Shown here piece after piece: positions 19,953 to 31,138 of a stretch of DNA of 64,000 nucleotides. Made by a program: the position numbers and the translations under genes. Source of the stretch: a virus. The stretch is taken from the IMG/VR virus record IMGVR_UViG_3300027754_000067, positions 1 through 64,000 of that record; one strand, given 5' to 3'. Every line of letters begins with the position of its first letter. Positions within the stretch are counted from its first letter, which is position 1. Below the pieces are notes generated by a model that searched no databases, was not told the origin of the DNA, and saw nothing but the letters and a program-made list of their open reading frames with translations.

Positions 19953-21041
19953 ATGACTGGATATATGTCATTTGGTATGCTGCGTATTCAAGAACGATTT
20001 CAATTTTCCAATCCATATATCAATTTGAATGCAAGTGGTACAATCAACGAAAAGATTTCTTCGCAAAAATACAAAGTTCCAGATGGGATTGTTTACGGCA
20101 CACAATCTGTAACTGGTGTAAAGATAATTCTTTAGCGGCAAACACACAAATTATATTAATTGACTTCCTGTGATAGATGGGATAGTATAGAAACATGAGC
20201 AAAGACAATCGTCTTCGAGATTTTAGCTTTGACGTGTTTGATCTTGGAGCAAACATTGCTTATACCTTTCGTCTCCCTAAGATTGGAGATCAACTAAGAA
20301 AGGTAGCTGTACGCATCATACTGGGCAAGCAGACAAAGAATAACCGTACACATTCCTATTGACAGATCCAGCATAATCAAATATAACAAACGTATGGAGT
20401 ATCTAGTACAAGAGATCGTAAAAGCTGGCGGCATAGATAGATCATATCCTCAACCATCCAATAAAGATTGCAACCATAGAGTTCAGTATAGAGAGTATAC
20501 AGTAATTCTCCATTGGGATTTTATTGAAGTAATTCATTGGACTGGTTTTCCTTCTTTTTCTTCTGAAGAATGTACCTTTACGACCATTGAAGCAATAGAT
20601 CAGCTAATCGACACGCTAAATACTAAAAAGGAAAATAATAAAAATGGCTAATGTTTACATCGTAGAAGCAATTTGGTATGGATCTGAATCTTGTACTGAG
20701 GGTAAACAGGTTATTGGTGTTTTTACCGCAAAGAATTATGCCGAAGAATTTGTTTCAACTAAAGTGAAACAAAAGAAAAATAACTGTAAATATAAATTTA
20801 AGGGAGACGTACTGGAATTTGACAGTGTAAGAATCTCGGAGGAGGAACTAATCAAATGAACAGGGTATGGATTGTTTCTGGACAGCTTGATTATGGTACT
20901 GTTGTTTTGCGTGTATTCGATAATCCAGGTGCAGCACACAAGTTTGCTCTTGAAGTAGAGGGAACTCTAAATTACACTTTTGAAGATATTAAATATTTCT
21001 CTGTGTTTATTAGGGAATTTGAGGTAGAAACCAATGTCTGA
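19953..21041 (+). CDS. Small hypothetical proteins (19953-20135, 20394-20651, 20644-20859, 20856-21041)
   Basis: Co-oriented ORFs with overlapping start/stop codons. Confidence 0.6.
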
Positions 21042-21250
21042 TTTTGCACCAGAAACTATTAAAAAGGAATATTTTGTTGTTGCCACGATTATTCTTGTGT
21101 TAGCAGTGGCGATTGGTTATGCTTTTGGTGCTGATGCTGGATACAAGAAGGGTTTGGAAGATGGCGGTCATCAACCAACTTCACCCATTGCTCTAACAGC
21201 ACCATAATATTAATATTGACAAATCCACCAACAAAAGGTATTCTAAGACC

Positions 21251-21715
21251 ATGAAGAAGATCACTGCAACGCAACTGAAGAACATTCTGGATCAGCACCA
21301 GCTTTGGATTCAAACCAATGGAAAGCAAGGAAATTGTGCAGACCTCACGGGTGAAAACCTCACGGGTGAAAACCTCTGGGGTGCAAACCTCCGTGGTGCA
21401 GACCTCACGGGTTCAAACCTCAGTTATGCAAACCTCCGTCGTGCAGACCTCCGTCGTGCAGACCTCCGTCGTGCAAACCTCACCCGTGCAAACCTCCGTG
21501 ATGCAAACCTCGAAGGTGCAAACCTCCTTGATGCAAACCTCAAAGCTGCATTCCTCGAAGGTGCAGACCTCACTGGCACGATTCTTGATAAGAAGGCAGA
21601 GAAGAAGGCAGAAATTGCTTCTGTCAATGCAGAAAGCACGATTCGCTCTGAGATTGAAGCGATTGCCAAGAAGCATGGCATGAAGATTGATTCAATCACT
21701 CTTAGTTTTCTGTGA
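21251..21715 (+). CDS. Pentapeptide-repeat protein, C-terminal module type B
   Basis: Repeats plus TILDKK.EK...[13 protein letters not shown] tail. Confidence 0.9.
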   Translation: MKKITATQLKNILDQHQLWIQTNGKQGNCADLTGENLTGENLWGANLRGADLTGSNLSYANLRRADLRRADLRRANLTRANLRDANLEGANLLDANLKAAFLEGADLTGTILDKKAEKKAEIASVNAESTIRSEIEAIAKKHGMKIDSITLSFL

Positions 21716-21757
21716 TCTATTTCCGCAACAATTCCCCAGCAAGAAAGTAAAGAAACC

Positions 21758-22585
21758 ATGTCAAGCGAATGCATCAAACTGAGTGTTGATAGGGCGACTT
21801 GTATTCTAGAGCATTACCGTTCATTGTGCGGCAAACATAACCTTGGAGATTATTCTTATCTCAGGGATTTGATTACTGATATTATGCATTATGTTACTGA
21901 AAAGAATCTTGGTGATGGGCCAGAAGATATGCTCATTGGAGCATCGGAGGTTTACCAGACCGAGCAAGAAGAGTCAGAGCCTCAAGATTGAGGTTTTACA
22001 CCATCCAATAGCCTCTCCAGAGGCTCCAATCTCTGTTTTCATCCGAATATACATCACCAACAAGGAAAGCCTCTAATAAGGCGATAAGGAGCCAGGGCAA
22101 CATTGATGCCACTGACTCTGAAGTTTTGCGGTCATCAGTGGAAGATAACCAATAGAAGAGACCCAATAACAAATTAAATAATTGACTTTAGTGCAATCAA
22201 CTGATAGAGTATTTCTATGTTGCGAATTATCCAAAATGGTCAAGTCATTCAAACTGTTGCATTCTTTAATCAGGGAGATCAGGTAACACTCCCTGATGGA
22301 ACTATTATTCAGTCTTATCTGACGGCTGATGGGCCTTCAGAAGAAATGATTATTACTGGAATTGATTATCCAGTTGACACTCCAAGGTTTTGTCAATTCT
22401 GTAAAACTCGGTTGCTACTGGCTCCACTACATTCCCGGCATCGGGATATCCGTAGATTCCAGATGAAGGATGGGTCATCTACTTGGCTTGCTACTTGCAT
22501 GGGGCCAGCTTGTTTGGAGGAATTCTCAAATCGATGCCGTCAACTGTCTCGTGATCCTAATGTGCACCATGGGCACGGACAGTAA
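21758..22585 (+). CDS. Two hypothetical proteins (21758-21991, 22217-22585)
   Basis: ORFs with cassette promoters. Confidence 0.65.
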
Positions 22586-22630
22586 AAATAATCCTTTGAC
22601 TTCTCCGATCAAACAGGATAAGGTAAGACC

Positions 22631-23119
22631 ATGAAGAAGATCACTGCAACGGAACTGAAGAGCATTGTGGATCAGCACAAGCTTTGGCTTGATGGCAACG
22701 GAGGAATCCGTGCAAACCTCGAAGGTGCAGACCTCCATCGTGCAGACCTCCATCGTGCAGACCTCCATCGTGCAAACCTCGGGGGTGCAAACCTCACGAA
22801 TGCAAACCTCGTTGGTGCAGACCTCACGGGTGCAAACCTCGTTGGTGCAAACCTCTCGGATGCAAACCTCGTTGGTGCAGACCTCTGAGGTGCAGACCTC
22901 AGAGGTGCAGACCTCACTGGTGCAGATCTCCGTGGTGCAAACCTCACGGGTGCAAACCTCGAAGGTGCAGACCTCACTGGCACGATTCTTGATAAGAAGG
23001 CAGAGAAGCAGCCCGAAGTTGTTTCTGTCAATGCAGAAAGCACGATTCGCTCTGAGATTGAAGCGATTGCCAAGAAGCATGGCATGAAGATTGAGTCAAT
23101 GACTTTTTCTCTGATTTAA
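22631..23119 (+). pseudogene. Pentapeptide-repeat gene (type B tail) interrupted by an in-frame TGA at 22886-22888
   Basis: The frame stays open after the TGA to TAA at 23117-23119; tail nearly identical to 21251. Confidence 0.8.
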
Positions 23120-23158
23120 TTTTTTGACTTCTCCGATCAAACAGGATAAGGTAAAAAC

Positions 23159-23326
23159 ATGAAGACCGAAAACAAGATTCGCAACTGGAATGCTGTTGCT
23201 GCTCACCAGCGTAACTCTGCTGGCCCCATGAAGGATAAGCGTCAAGCACGTCATCGAAGCAAGAATCAGTCCATCATGGAGCTTCTTGAGGAAGAAGACC
23301 TTGCTTTTAGCGATTACGATGATTAA
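23159..23326 (+). CDS. Small basic protein (not in ORF track), paralogue of 3828
   Basis: Leaderless promoter; RNWNAVAAHQRNSAGPMKDKR. Confidence 0.75.
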   Translation: MKTENKIRNWNAVAAHQRNSAGPMKDKRQARHRSKNQSIMELLEEEDLAFSDYDD

Positions 23327-23392
23327 ATCAAACGATTGACTTCTGGCATCTGACCTGATACAATCAACCAATCAAAGGAAAGAGAAAACATC

Positions 23393-23611
23393 ATGGAATA
23401 CATCATTCGCACCAACATTCAGAGTTCTGTTATTAACGCTGCGGTTTACAATCCTCACCAGAGGGATCTGGTTGTGACGATGAATGGAGGGAGCAAGTAC
23501 GTTTACCGTCAGGTTCCTGTTGATACGGCTATTTCTCTTGTTACGGCCAAGAGTGCTGGATCATTCTTTAACAAGAACATTCGGAACAAGTTTCACTGCG
23601 ACAAGGGCTGA
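23393..23611 (+). CDS. KTSC domain protein
   Basis: SS.I....Y......L.V....G..Y.Y..VP......L..A.SAG.FFN..IR pattern. Confidence 0.85.
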   Translation: MEYIIRTNIQSSVINAAVYNPHQRDLVVTMNGGSKYVYRQVPVDTAISLVTAKSAGSFFNKNIRNKFHCDKG

Positions 23612-23748
23612 TTGATTGAGCGGTGGGTTGGCGCATACCGATTTAAGCACGCCAAAGGATTGCGGCAAACACATTAAAAAACAATAATAGCACTTGACTA
23701 TCTCTGACATTCTGGTAAGATCAAGCAATCGAAAGGCTGAAAACGATC

Positions 23749-24105
23749 GTGGGAACCAATGGAATTGTTTTGGTGCAGAAGGATTTCCATCATCGTAATG
23801 GCAAGGACTTTATTATTGCGGTTACTTCAAATGGGATGTGTGATAATCTGCTTGAGCTTGCAAAGCAACTTATGAAAACCGCAAAGAAGCGCAATGTGCT
23901 GGAAGCATTCGGCAATGCCGTTCCAAATGTCGTCTTCCAAGTGATGCAAGAAGTTGCGACTGCTACGGATGGCTGGGCTTTTGTTGACATTCTTAATAAT
24001 GCACAGTTTGTCTCGTATGCGGTAATTCTCCATCCAGCAACAGGAATGGTGCAGCGTTGGGAAGGGAATCTGGATGAGTTCCTCGGACAAGAAGAGCTTT
24101 CCTGA
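23749..24105 (+). CDS. Hypothetical protein
   Basis: 118-aa ORF, GTG start. Confidence 0.7.
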   Translation: MGTNGIVLVQKDFHHRNGKDFIIAVTSNGMCDNLLELAKQLMKTAKKRNVLEAFGNAVPNVVFQVMQEVATATDGWAFVDILNNAQFVSYAVILHPATGMVQRWEGNLDEFLGQEELS

Positions 24106-24146
24106 AATCCTTTGACTTCCAACCTCAGAAACAGTAAGGTAATCAC

Positions 24147-24302
24147 ATGAGCAACGCCAACAAGAAGATCCATATGTTCCTCAAGGGTGGTCTTTACACG
24201 GTTTGTGGTCTTGACATTCTTACCACCAATGTAAAGCTTACTTGTGGCACGGAGCGTATCAGCTGCAAGAATTGCGCCAAGACTAAGGCGGCAAACATCT
24301 AA
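24147..24302 (+). CDS. Small Cys/His protein (not in ORF track), paralogue of 12205
   Basis: Leaderless promoter; KIHMF..TVCGL..SCKNC. Confidence 0.65.
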   Translation: MSNANKKIHMFLKGGLYTVCGLDILTTNVKLTCGTERISCKNCAKTKAANI

Positions 24303-24348
24303 AAATTAATCCTTTGACTAATCCAGCAAGATAGGATAAGGTAAGACC

Positions 24349-25080
24349 ATGAAGACGACGAGCAATGTTTGGACGACCCTTTTCATTGACAACGACAACT
24401 GCGCTCAGTACATCAATGTGTTTGTAACGGAACTGGATGCTGTAAGAAGCGTTGGTCTTGAAATGGCTGATTGGCTTGAAATGCATGAAAATTATCCTGA
24501 TGAAGCACTCGACAGACTTGCAGAGAAGATCAATGAATGCGATTATTACGCAGCATTGGAAATCTGGAATGATTGGCAGGGTGAACATGGCACGGGTATT
24601 GAAATCTCTATTGAAGAGCACCCTTTGTGTACTGATATTTCTTTGCCACCTCGTTGTAATCGCAAAGTAAAGGTTTGACAAATCCAGCAAGATAGGATAA
24701 GGTAGAGACAGTTGAACTGTAACACAAACGGCTGAAACAGAGAAAGATCATAAACAATGTTGTTTTTTGTTGCATACACTCACTGTTATGGTACTGACGT
24801 TTTTGTTTATCCTAATGAGGATATTGCCTACAAGGGTGCTTGCAAGATTATTGCTGATTGGTTTGATGATCTTGATTTTTTTGCTGATGATCGGATTGAT
24901 GAACTTCGTGATTTGATTAATGCTGGTAGCTATTTTCCTGCGGTTGTGCTATGGAATGAGCTTAGCGGTGATTTTGATCTTCAAGAGAGCATCACTGTTA
25001 CTTGCAGTGAGATGATTACAGAGGTTGAAATCCCTTTTATCAAGGATGAATCAACGGAGCAGGAAGAAGATTCTGAGTAA
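24349..25080 (+). CDS. Two related acidic proteins (24349-24678, 24757-25080)
   Basis: Both contain IN...Y..A...WN; separate promoters. Confidence 0.7.
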
Positions 25081-25171
25081 AAGAATGGTTTGACTCTGGA
25101 ATGGTGATCTGATATAACAGAGACAGTTGAACGGTAACTCAAACGGCTGAAACGGAAAAGGATCAAAGACG

Positions 25172-25399
25172 ATGAACACCTCTCTTAAGCTTGGTACTCA
25201 TGCGGTTATGGTTTCGGACATCATTTCTCCGATTCTGGATGCGGAGGGTTATCCGCAGTACAGTCTTCGTCAGGGTGACAAGGTGGTTGTTACTTCTCTG
25301 GAGCCTTTGATGGTGCGTGGCAAGGAGAATCATCTTTCTGCGATTGTGGAGCCTGATTTCTTTAAGACCACCAAGGGTCGTCCTGTAAAGATCGGCTGA
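25172..25399 (+). CDS. KGRP-motif family protein
   Basis: LKLGTHAV...SLEPL...TTKGRP; followed by the pseudoknot. Confidence 0.8.
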   Translation: MNTSLKLGTHAVMVSDIISPILDAEGYPQYSLRQGDKVVVTSLEPLMVRGKENHLSAIVEPDFFKTTKGRPVKIG

Positions 25400-25516
25400 T
25401 TCGGGTTCTGGTGGGATGGCGCATACCAATCGAATAACGCCAAAGATTCTGCGGCAAACACATTAAAAACAATATTATTGGTTGACTTATCCAGCCAGAA
25501 AAGGTATAACTTTCTC

Positions 25517-25792
25517 ATGGAACCAACTAAAAGCGACATTTCCAGGATGGAACAATCAGCTAATATCATGGCTGATATGATTGACATGGCTTTTAATAAA
25601 GCCAAGACCATGTCTTTGACTTCTCGGACAAAGGAGGTCATGCAAGGATTGATGGATGAATCATTTAAGGAAATCAACTCACCTTTCTTTGAATCCCGTC
25701 AAGAACTTAGTGAATGGTTTCAAAAGCATATGAATCATATTGAGATTCAAACCCGTGCACGCTTTGAAAAACTGCGTGCAAAAAATCTCTGA
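25517..25792 (+). CDS. Hypothetical protein
   Basis: Start ATG25517 from promoter geometry. Confidence 0.7.
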   Translation: MEPTKSDISRMEQSANIMADMIDMAFNKAKTMSLTSRTKEVMQGLMDESFKEINSPFFESRQELSEWFQKHMNHIEIQTRARFEKLRAKNL

Positions 25793-25842
25793 ATGTAAAA
25801 AAATACATTGACATAATCATCTAAATCAGGTATAAACAAAAC

Positions 25843-26271
25843 ATGAGTGACAGAGAAGGTTTTAACGAGTGTTTTGATTGGTTTGACGAGATGCAATCTA
25901 TTTCAGATGATGTCAATAAACTTATTACCGGCAATCCTTCTCTTCTGGATGTTTATGTAGAACTTCCAAAGAATAGGTTTGACAAGGTTAGAGGGCAAGT
26001 ATATAAGATCGTTGAAAGCGATATCCACAAGTATGCTTCTCTGTTTATTGCAGAGAGTAAGACAAATGAATTGGTTATTGACATTAGTCCAACAAAGCAT
26101 CCAATGTGTGCTCGATGCAAGGCACCAAGGGAAGATGCAAAGCTTAGGCCGTGGCTCAAGGGAACAGATGATGACCTCATTTGTTTCCGGTGTGATGAAG
26201 CACTAATGGCATGGGTCGCAAAGGGAAACAAGATCGAAAATCTCCCAATTAAAATCCAAAAGAATGTTTGA
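25843..26271 (+). CDS. Protein resembling the IleRS C-terminal zinc-finger region
   Basis: LFI..S....V.....HPMCARC...ICFRC..AL pattern recalls the FPG/IleRS zinc finger. Confidence 0.5.
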   Translation: MSDREGFNECFDWFDEMQSISDDVNKLITGNPSLLDVYVELPKNRFDKVRGQVYKIVESDIHKYASLFIAESKTNELVIDISPTKHPMCARCKAPREDAKLRPWLKGTDDDLICFRCDEALMAWVAKGNKIENLPIKIQKNV

Positions 26272-26302
26272 CAACAAACCCTAACTCGGATATAAATAAA
26301 GC

Positions 26303-26756
26303 ATGAAGACCTCACCTGATGCAGTTGTTAAGAACTTTGCTCCTGATTCTGACCTTTTGTTGATTACAATTGGGGATTGGAAGATTAATATTGGTAGGGA
26401 TGAAGATGGTAGAACCCAGGTGGTGATAATTGATACCATTGAAGGTTCTGAAACTTCTTATATCCTTGGCGAAGAGGGTGAGTCACAAAAGGTTTGACAT
26501 TTGAATCAAATCACGCTAGATTAGGTTCATAAGAAAGGCAACCAACACAATGGCTCTTCACAGTTCACACAAGAAGATTCTTGATAGTTTCTATTCTGGC
26601 AGCAAGCAGGTTGTTTCTGATTATGACGAGATCCCTTCTTCTGTTCGCAATTCTTTGGAAAAGGTGAAGTTCACTGAAACCCTTTGGTGTGATTCGGTGC
26701 GTTACCTTAACGATCTTCAAACCAAGGATCTTATTGCTCGCCGGGGTAGCTGGTAA
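26303..26756 (+). CDS. Two small hypothetical proteins (26303-26497, 26550-26756)
   Basis: Own promoters. Confidence 0.65.
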
Positions 26757-26859
26757 AAGAAAAAAGGTTTGACAACTGGATCGGGTTCTGATAGATTAGG
26801 AATGTAAGTAAGGGATACGAAACCAAAAACGTCTGAGTGTTTGAAAGGTAATAAACAAA

Positions 26860-27204
26860 ATGGCTACTACGATTAAGTCTCTTTCTCTTGGTGTTCACGC
26901 TATTCTGGTGTCTGATGTTGCTGTTGATGGTGGCAGTCTTCTTGCGGGGACCAAGGTTTTTGTTTCTTCACTGGAGCCTCTTGCGATTTCGACTGCGGAG
27001 GTTTCTGGCATTCTGGTTCCTCGTGAGTCGTTTAAGACCACCAAGGGTCGCCCGAAGAAGATTGTTGGTGCGGTTGCTGCCCCGGCATCTGTTGCCGCCT
27101 CTGGTGAGGCTTCTGGTGAGTCTGCGATGGATCTTTCTGTTGATGGTGTGATGGGTTTCACTCCAACGGTTGACGAGATTCTTTCTGAGTGTTCGATGGG
27201 CTGA
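26860..27204 (+). CDS. KGRP-motif family protein
   Basis: LSLGVHAI...SSLEPL...TTKGRP; followed by pseudoknot and tRNA. Confidence 0.8.
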   Translation: MATTIKSLSLGVHAILVSDVAVDGGSLLAGTKVFVSSLEPLAISTAEVSGILVPRESFKTTKGRPKKIVGAVAAPASVAASGEASGESAMDLSVDGVMGFTPTVDEILSECSMG

Positions 27205-27268
27205 ATGGCGGGTCAAACCAGAGGGGAGCGCATTCTGGGTCAAAGATTTAACGCTCAATTTTAAGATT

Positions 27269-27342
27269 GCCCATGTACGCCAACTGGTCGAGCGGAGATT
27301 TTCAAAAATTCTTGCATGTAGATTCGAATTCTATCATGGGCA
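27269..27342 (+). tRNA. Atypical tRNA, anticodon CAA (Leu) with a short variable loop; CCA not encoded
   Basis: Acceptor GCCCATG/CATGGGC, T-arm GTAGA-TTCGAAT-TCTAT, anticodon loop TTCAAAA, mismatches in D and anticodon stems. Confidence 0.65.
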
Positions 27343-27416
27343 CAACAGAATAATTGCGGCAAACATCTAAAAATTAATCATTTGACTTCTCAATCAACAA
27401 AGGGTAAGGTAAGAGC

Positions 27417-28082
27417 ATGAAGAAGATCACTGGAACGGAACTGAAGAAGATTCTGGCTAAACACAAGCTATGGCTTGATGGAAAGGGAGGAGCCCGTGCA
27501 GACCTCTCGGGTGCAAACCTCACGGGTGCAAACCTCACGGGTGCAAACCTCAATGGTGCAAATCTCACAGTTGCAGACCTCACGGGTGCAAACCTCACGG
27601 GTGCAATCCTCACGGGTGCAATCCTCACGGGTGCAAACCTCAATGGTGCATACCTCGAACGTGCAGACCTCACGGATGCAATCCTCACGGGTGCAAACCT
27701 CGAATGTGCAAACCTCGAATGTGCAAACCTCGAATGTGCAGACCTCACGGGTGCAGACCTCTCGGGTGCAAACCTCACGGGTGCAGACCTCTCGGGTGCA
27801 AGCCTCTCGGGTGCAAACCTCACGGGTGCAGACCTCACGGATGCAATCCTCACGGGTGCAAACCTCGAATGTGCAAACCTCACGGGTGCAGATCTCAAGG
27901 ATGCAAATCTCACAGTTGCAGACCTCACTGGCACGATTCTTGATAAGGACAAGAAAGAGAATAAGACAGAGAAGCAGCCGGAAGTTGGTTCAGTCAAGTC
28001 TGAAAACCTTCGATCAGAGTTTGAAGCTCTTGCCAAGAAGCATGGTTTGCAGATTACTTGTCTGGAATTCAAGATGATTTAA
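27417..28082 (+). CDS. Pentapeptide-repeat protein, type B tail
   Basis: About 29 repeats plus ...EALAKKHG tail. Confidence 0.9.
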   Translation: MKKITGTELKKILAKHKLWLDGKGGARADLSGANLTGANLTGANLNGANLTVADLTGANLTGAILTGAILTGANLNGAYLERADLTDAILTGANLECANLECANLECADLTGADLSGANLTGADLSGASLSGANLTGADLTDAILTGANLECANLTGADLKDANLTVADLTGTILDKDKKENKTEKQPEVGSVKSENLRSEFEALAKKHGLQITCLEFKMI

Positions 28083-28121
28083 TCTTTTGACTTAATCAAC
28101 ACAATCAGATAAGGTAAGAAC

Positions 28122-28612
28122 ATGAAGAAGATCGTAAAGCATACTGAAGAGAACTGCGAGCATCTTGCGAGTCTTTTGGTGGACTCTTGGGAGATTGAAG
28201 ACATTGTTTCTTATGCGATTGAGAAGCTTAAGGAGCATTATCTAGCTGATAAGGAAGCTTTTGATTATGATTCCGTTGTAATGATGGAGGAAGATGAGTC
28301 TGATATTGATTCAAGTCAAGTCAATTAAATTGAGAAAGTTTTGCGGCAAACACATTAAAAATAATACTGTTTGACTTCTGATTCAAGAAAGAATAAGGTA
28401 AGACCATGAACAACATCTGGGATTCAGTCGTGATCGGGAAGTCTTATATGTTTGACATGGAATATCTTAACAATAACTCTCGTCGAACTGAAATGATTGA
28501 AGGAACAGTCAAGGATAAATTGATCCAATCTGATGGAAGACACTACATCGTCCTAAACAATAACAGTGCCGTCCATCTGGAACAAGTCTCCCGTTTGATT
28601 GGCCCCTTCTGA
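28122..28612 (+). CDS. Two small hypothetical proteins (28122-28328, 28406-28612)
   Basis: Leaderless promoters. Confidence 0.7.
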
Positions 28613-28666
28613 GTTAATCAAAAACAAACACTGGACTTCATCCAGAAGAAAGTATATAGTCTTTCC

Positions 28667-29092
28667 ATGGCTCACTTCAACAAGTACCTGGATATGGCCA
28701 TTTCCTTCGCTCGTGAACACCAACACGATGATTCTCTTGCTGCTTTCGTTACTTCAATCATTGTGTCTGGTGGTTCCGTATTGTCGGTAGGATTCAATTC
28801 TCGCACCAATACAAGTCTCCAGCGAAAGTATATGAGAAACCCTCATTGCAATAGCATTCATGCTGAAGTTGATGCAATCTTAAATGTACGAAAGAAGATT
28901 GACTTAACCAATTCCAAGATTTATACTATTCGACGCTTGCGGTCTGATACTGTGGAAAACCCTAATATTGGTTGCGCCAAGAACTGCCCTATGTGTGCTG
29001 CCATTATTTACGATTATGGTATCAAGCGTTCATATTATACCATTGACAACCATAACTTTGGTGTCATGAAGGTTGTTGATCCGAGAGCCTGA
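28667..29092 (+). CDS. Cytidine/dCMP deaminase-superfamily protein, second copy
   Basis: HAE and NCPMC motifs; protein nearly identical to 2829 with many synonymous differences. Confidence 0.8.
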   Translation: MAHFNKYLDMAISFAREHQHDDSLAAFVTSIIVSGGSVLSVGFNSRTNTSLQRKYMRNPHCNSIHAEVDAILNVRKKIDLTNSKIYTIRRLRSDTVENPNIGCAKNCPMCAAIIYDYGIKRSYYTIDNHNFGVMKVVDPRA

Positions 29093-29136
29093 TTTAATCC
29101 TTTGACTTCTGAACCAACAAAGGATAAGGTAAGAGC

Positions 29137-29493
29137 ATGAAGAAGATCACTGAAACGGAAATGAAGAGCATTCTTGCAAACCACAAACTTTGGGTTGAAG
29201 GAAATGGAGGAAAGTGCTCTGGCGATGCGTTTGAAGGTGCAGATTTGCGTGGTGCCGATTTTCGTGATGCAAATCTGAAATTTGCTACGTTTTTGGGAGC
29301 AGATCTACGAGATGCAGATTTCAGGAATGCAGATCTCGTTGATACATGGTTTGTAGATGCAGATTTGAGGAATGCAAATTTCCGAAACTCTAACCTTACC
29401 ATTGCAAGACTAATGGGTGCAAACATTCAAGGTGCAAACTTTGGCGATGCAATTCTTAGTGGCACGGTTTTTGAAAAGCCACCAAGTATCTGA
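29137..29493 (+). CDS. Pentapeptide-repeat protein (divergent, no tail)
   Basis: A(D/N)(L/F)xx repeats. Confidence 0.85.
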   Translation: MKKITETEMKSILANHKLWVEGNGGKCSGDAFEGADLRGADFRDANLKFATFLGADLRDADFRNADLVDTWFVDADLRNANFRNSNLTIARLMGANIQGANFGDAILSGTVFEKPPSI

Positions 29494-29599
29494 AATTCAC
29501 ACAAATTTCCAACCTATCTGATTTAATCCTTTGACTTTTCTAGCCTGACCTGATATAACAGGGATAGTTCAACGGCAACAAACAAAAGGGATAAAGAAC

Positions 29600-30769
29600 A
29601 TGGCGATTGCATATGTGAACTTCATTCAATGGGACACCACTACCGACGAAGATCCTGCTGGTCTTGAGAAGCACGATCTTCCTACTTGTTTTGAGTTTGA
29701 GCTTGACTTGAATGATTTTATTAGCGAGGATGCTATTTCTGATTGGATTACGGGTGAGTTGAGTGATGAGACCGGTTGGTGTGTTTCTGGATTCAACTAT
29801 GTGATCAAGTGAAGGAGAAAAAGAAAATGAAGCCTCTTGTAAAGCTTTCTGGTGTTGACGGCAATGTTTTTTCGATTATTGGGACGATGACACGTTCCAT
29901 GAAGGCGCAAGGTCTTTTTAAGGAGGCTCAGGAGTTTTCGAGGAAGGCAATGGATTGTCATAGTTACGATGCTGTTTTGCAGCTTTGCTTTGAGTATGCC
30001 GATATTAGGTGATTAGCCTCACCAGAAGACATAGGATGCCCGTTAAAGGCTTCTGGTGTCAGAGATGACAGCTTATAGCTTGCCCGATTCTGATGCCTTT
30101 AATGAGGCGTTTAATGAGTCGGGCAAGTTATATGCCATTGCGAGATAGAATTCTGCGGCAAACACCTAAAAATTAATCCTTGACTTCTCAATCAACAAAA
30201 GGTAAGGTATTCTCATGAACTTTGAAGACGAACTCTCTGCTATCCGTTCTGAGGCTGTTAAAAACATTGAGGGTAGAGCGGATAGTCTCTTAGATATTCG
30301 TAATGAACATATTGGCACACCCGTTGCAGAGTTCATTGAAAGAATCATTGGCTGGTTTAATGATCCACAGAAGAGACTGCTTGGCTATCAAATCGGAGAA
30401 TATATCTTTTGGGACGATGAATTCAACTTCTTAAAGAAGCTTTGTCAATTTGTTTCTCATGAAATGCTGGACGATGGTTGTTTCATTGTCAAATGGATGA
30501 AACCAGACTATGATTACATTGAGCATGAAATTAATGGAAAAGTATTAAAGCTTCCTAATGCTGTTTATGTTGATGGCCGTATTAGGTTGAAGGAAACTGA
30601 CAAGGATGATCCAGAAGGAAGACCAGAAATCCATTACGGCGGAGATCTTGGCACACAAGATGCATCAGTCCTGCTTGAAGCAATGGATATTCTAGAGCAG
30701 CGGGATCTGGAACGCCATAATAGAATGATTGATCTCCAGAACCGTCTTAAAGATCTTCGGAAAACCTGA
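29600..30769 (+). CDS. Three hypothetical proteins (29600-29812, 29827-30012, 30215-30769)
   Basis: Co-oriented ORFs with RBS or leaderless promoter. Confidence 0.7.
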
Positions 30770-30820
30770 TTGACTGATTTTTCTTTTGACTTCTCCACCA
30801 ACAAAAGGTAAAGTAATCCC

Positions 30821-31099
30821 ATGAGCAAGACGAACACGGATCAGGTTATCAAGATCGACGGCACGATTCTCCCTATCACCCCAAAGAACCCTAAGAAGGG
30901 ATATTCTCTGGAAGAAATGTATCGGGCCATCGACACCAACATGGTACAGATTGTCTCCACCATGGAGAGAAACACCATCATGGTCTGCGACGAAGAAGCA
31001 ATGTATAATAGCAAGAGCTATAATGCTCTGGCTTCAATGATTGCAGGACAGCCCATTCTGGGAGATGTTCTTGTCTGCAACACCAAGAACGTTAAGTAA
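30821..31099 (+). CDS. DUF3846-like phage protein
   Basis: LEEM...I....VQ.V...MVCDEE.....N.LAS...G..I.GDVLV pattern. Confidence 0.6.
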   Translation: MSKTNTDQVIKIDGTILPITPKNPKKGYSLEEMYRAIDTNMVQIVSTMERNTIMVCDEEAMYNSKSYNALASMIAGQPILGDVLVCNTKNVK

Positions 31100-31138
31100 T
31101 CTCTTTACTAATCCAGCAAGATAGGATAAGGTAATCCC

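Noticed and set aside
22886-22888. Genome-wide TGA recoding
   Set aside because: Many genes end in TGA directly before the next promoter, and long genes such as dnaE have no internal TGA
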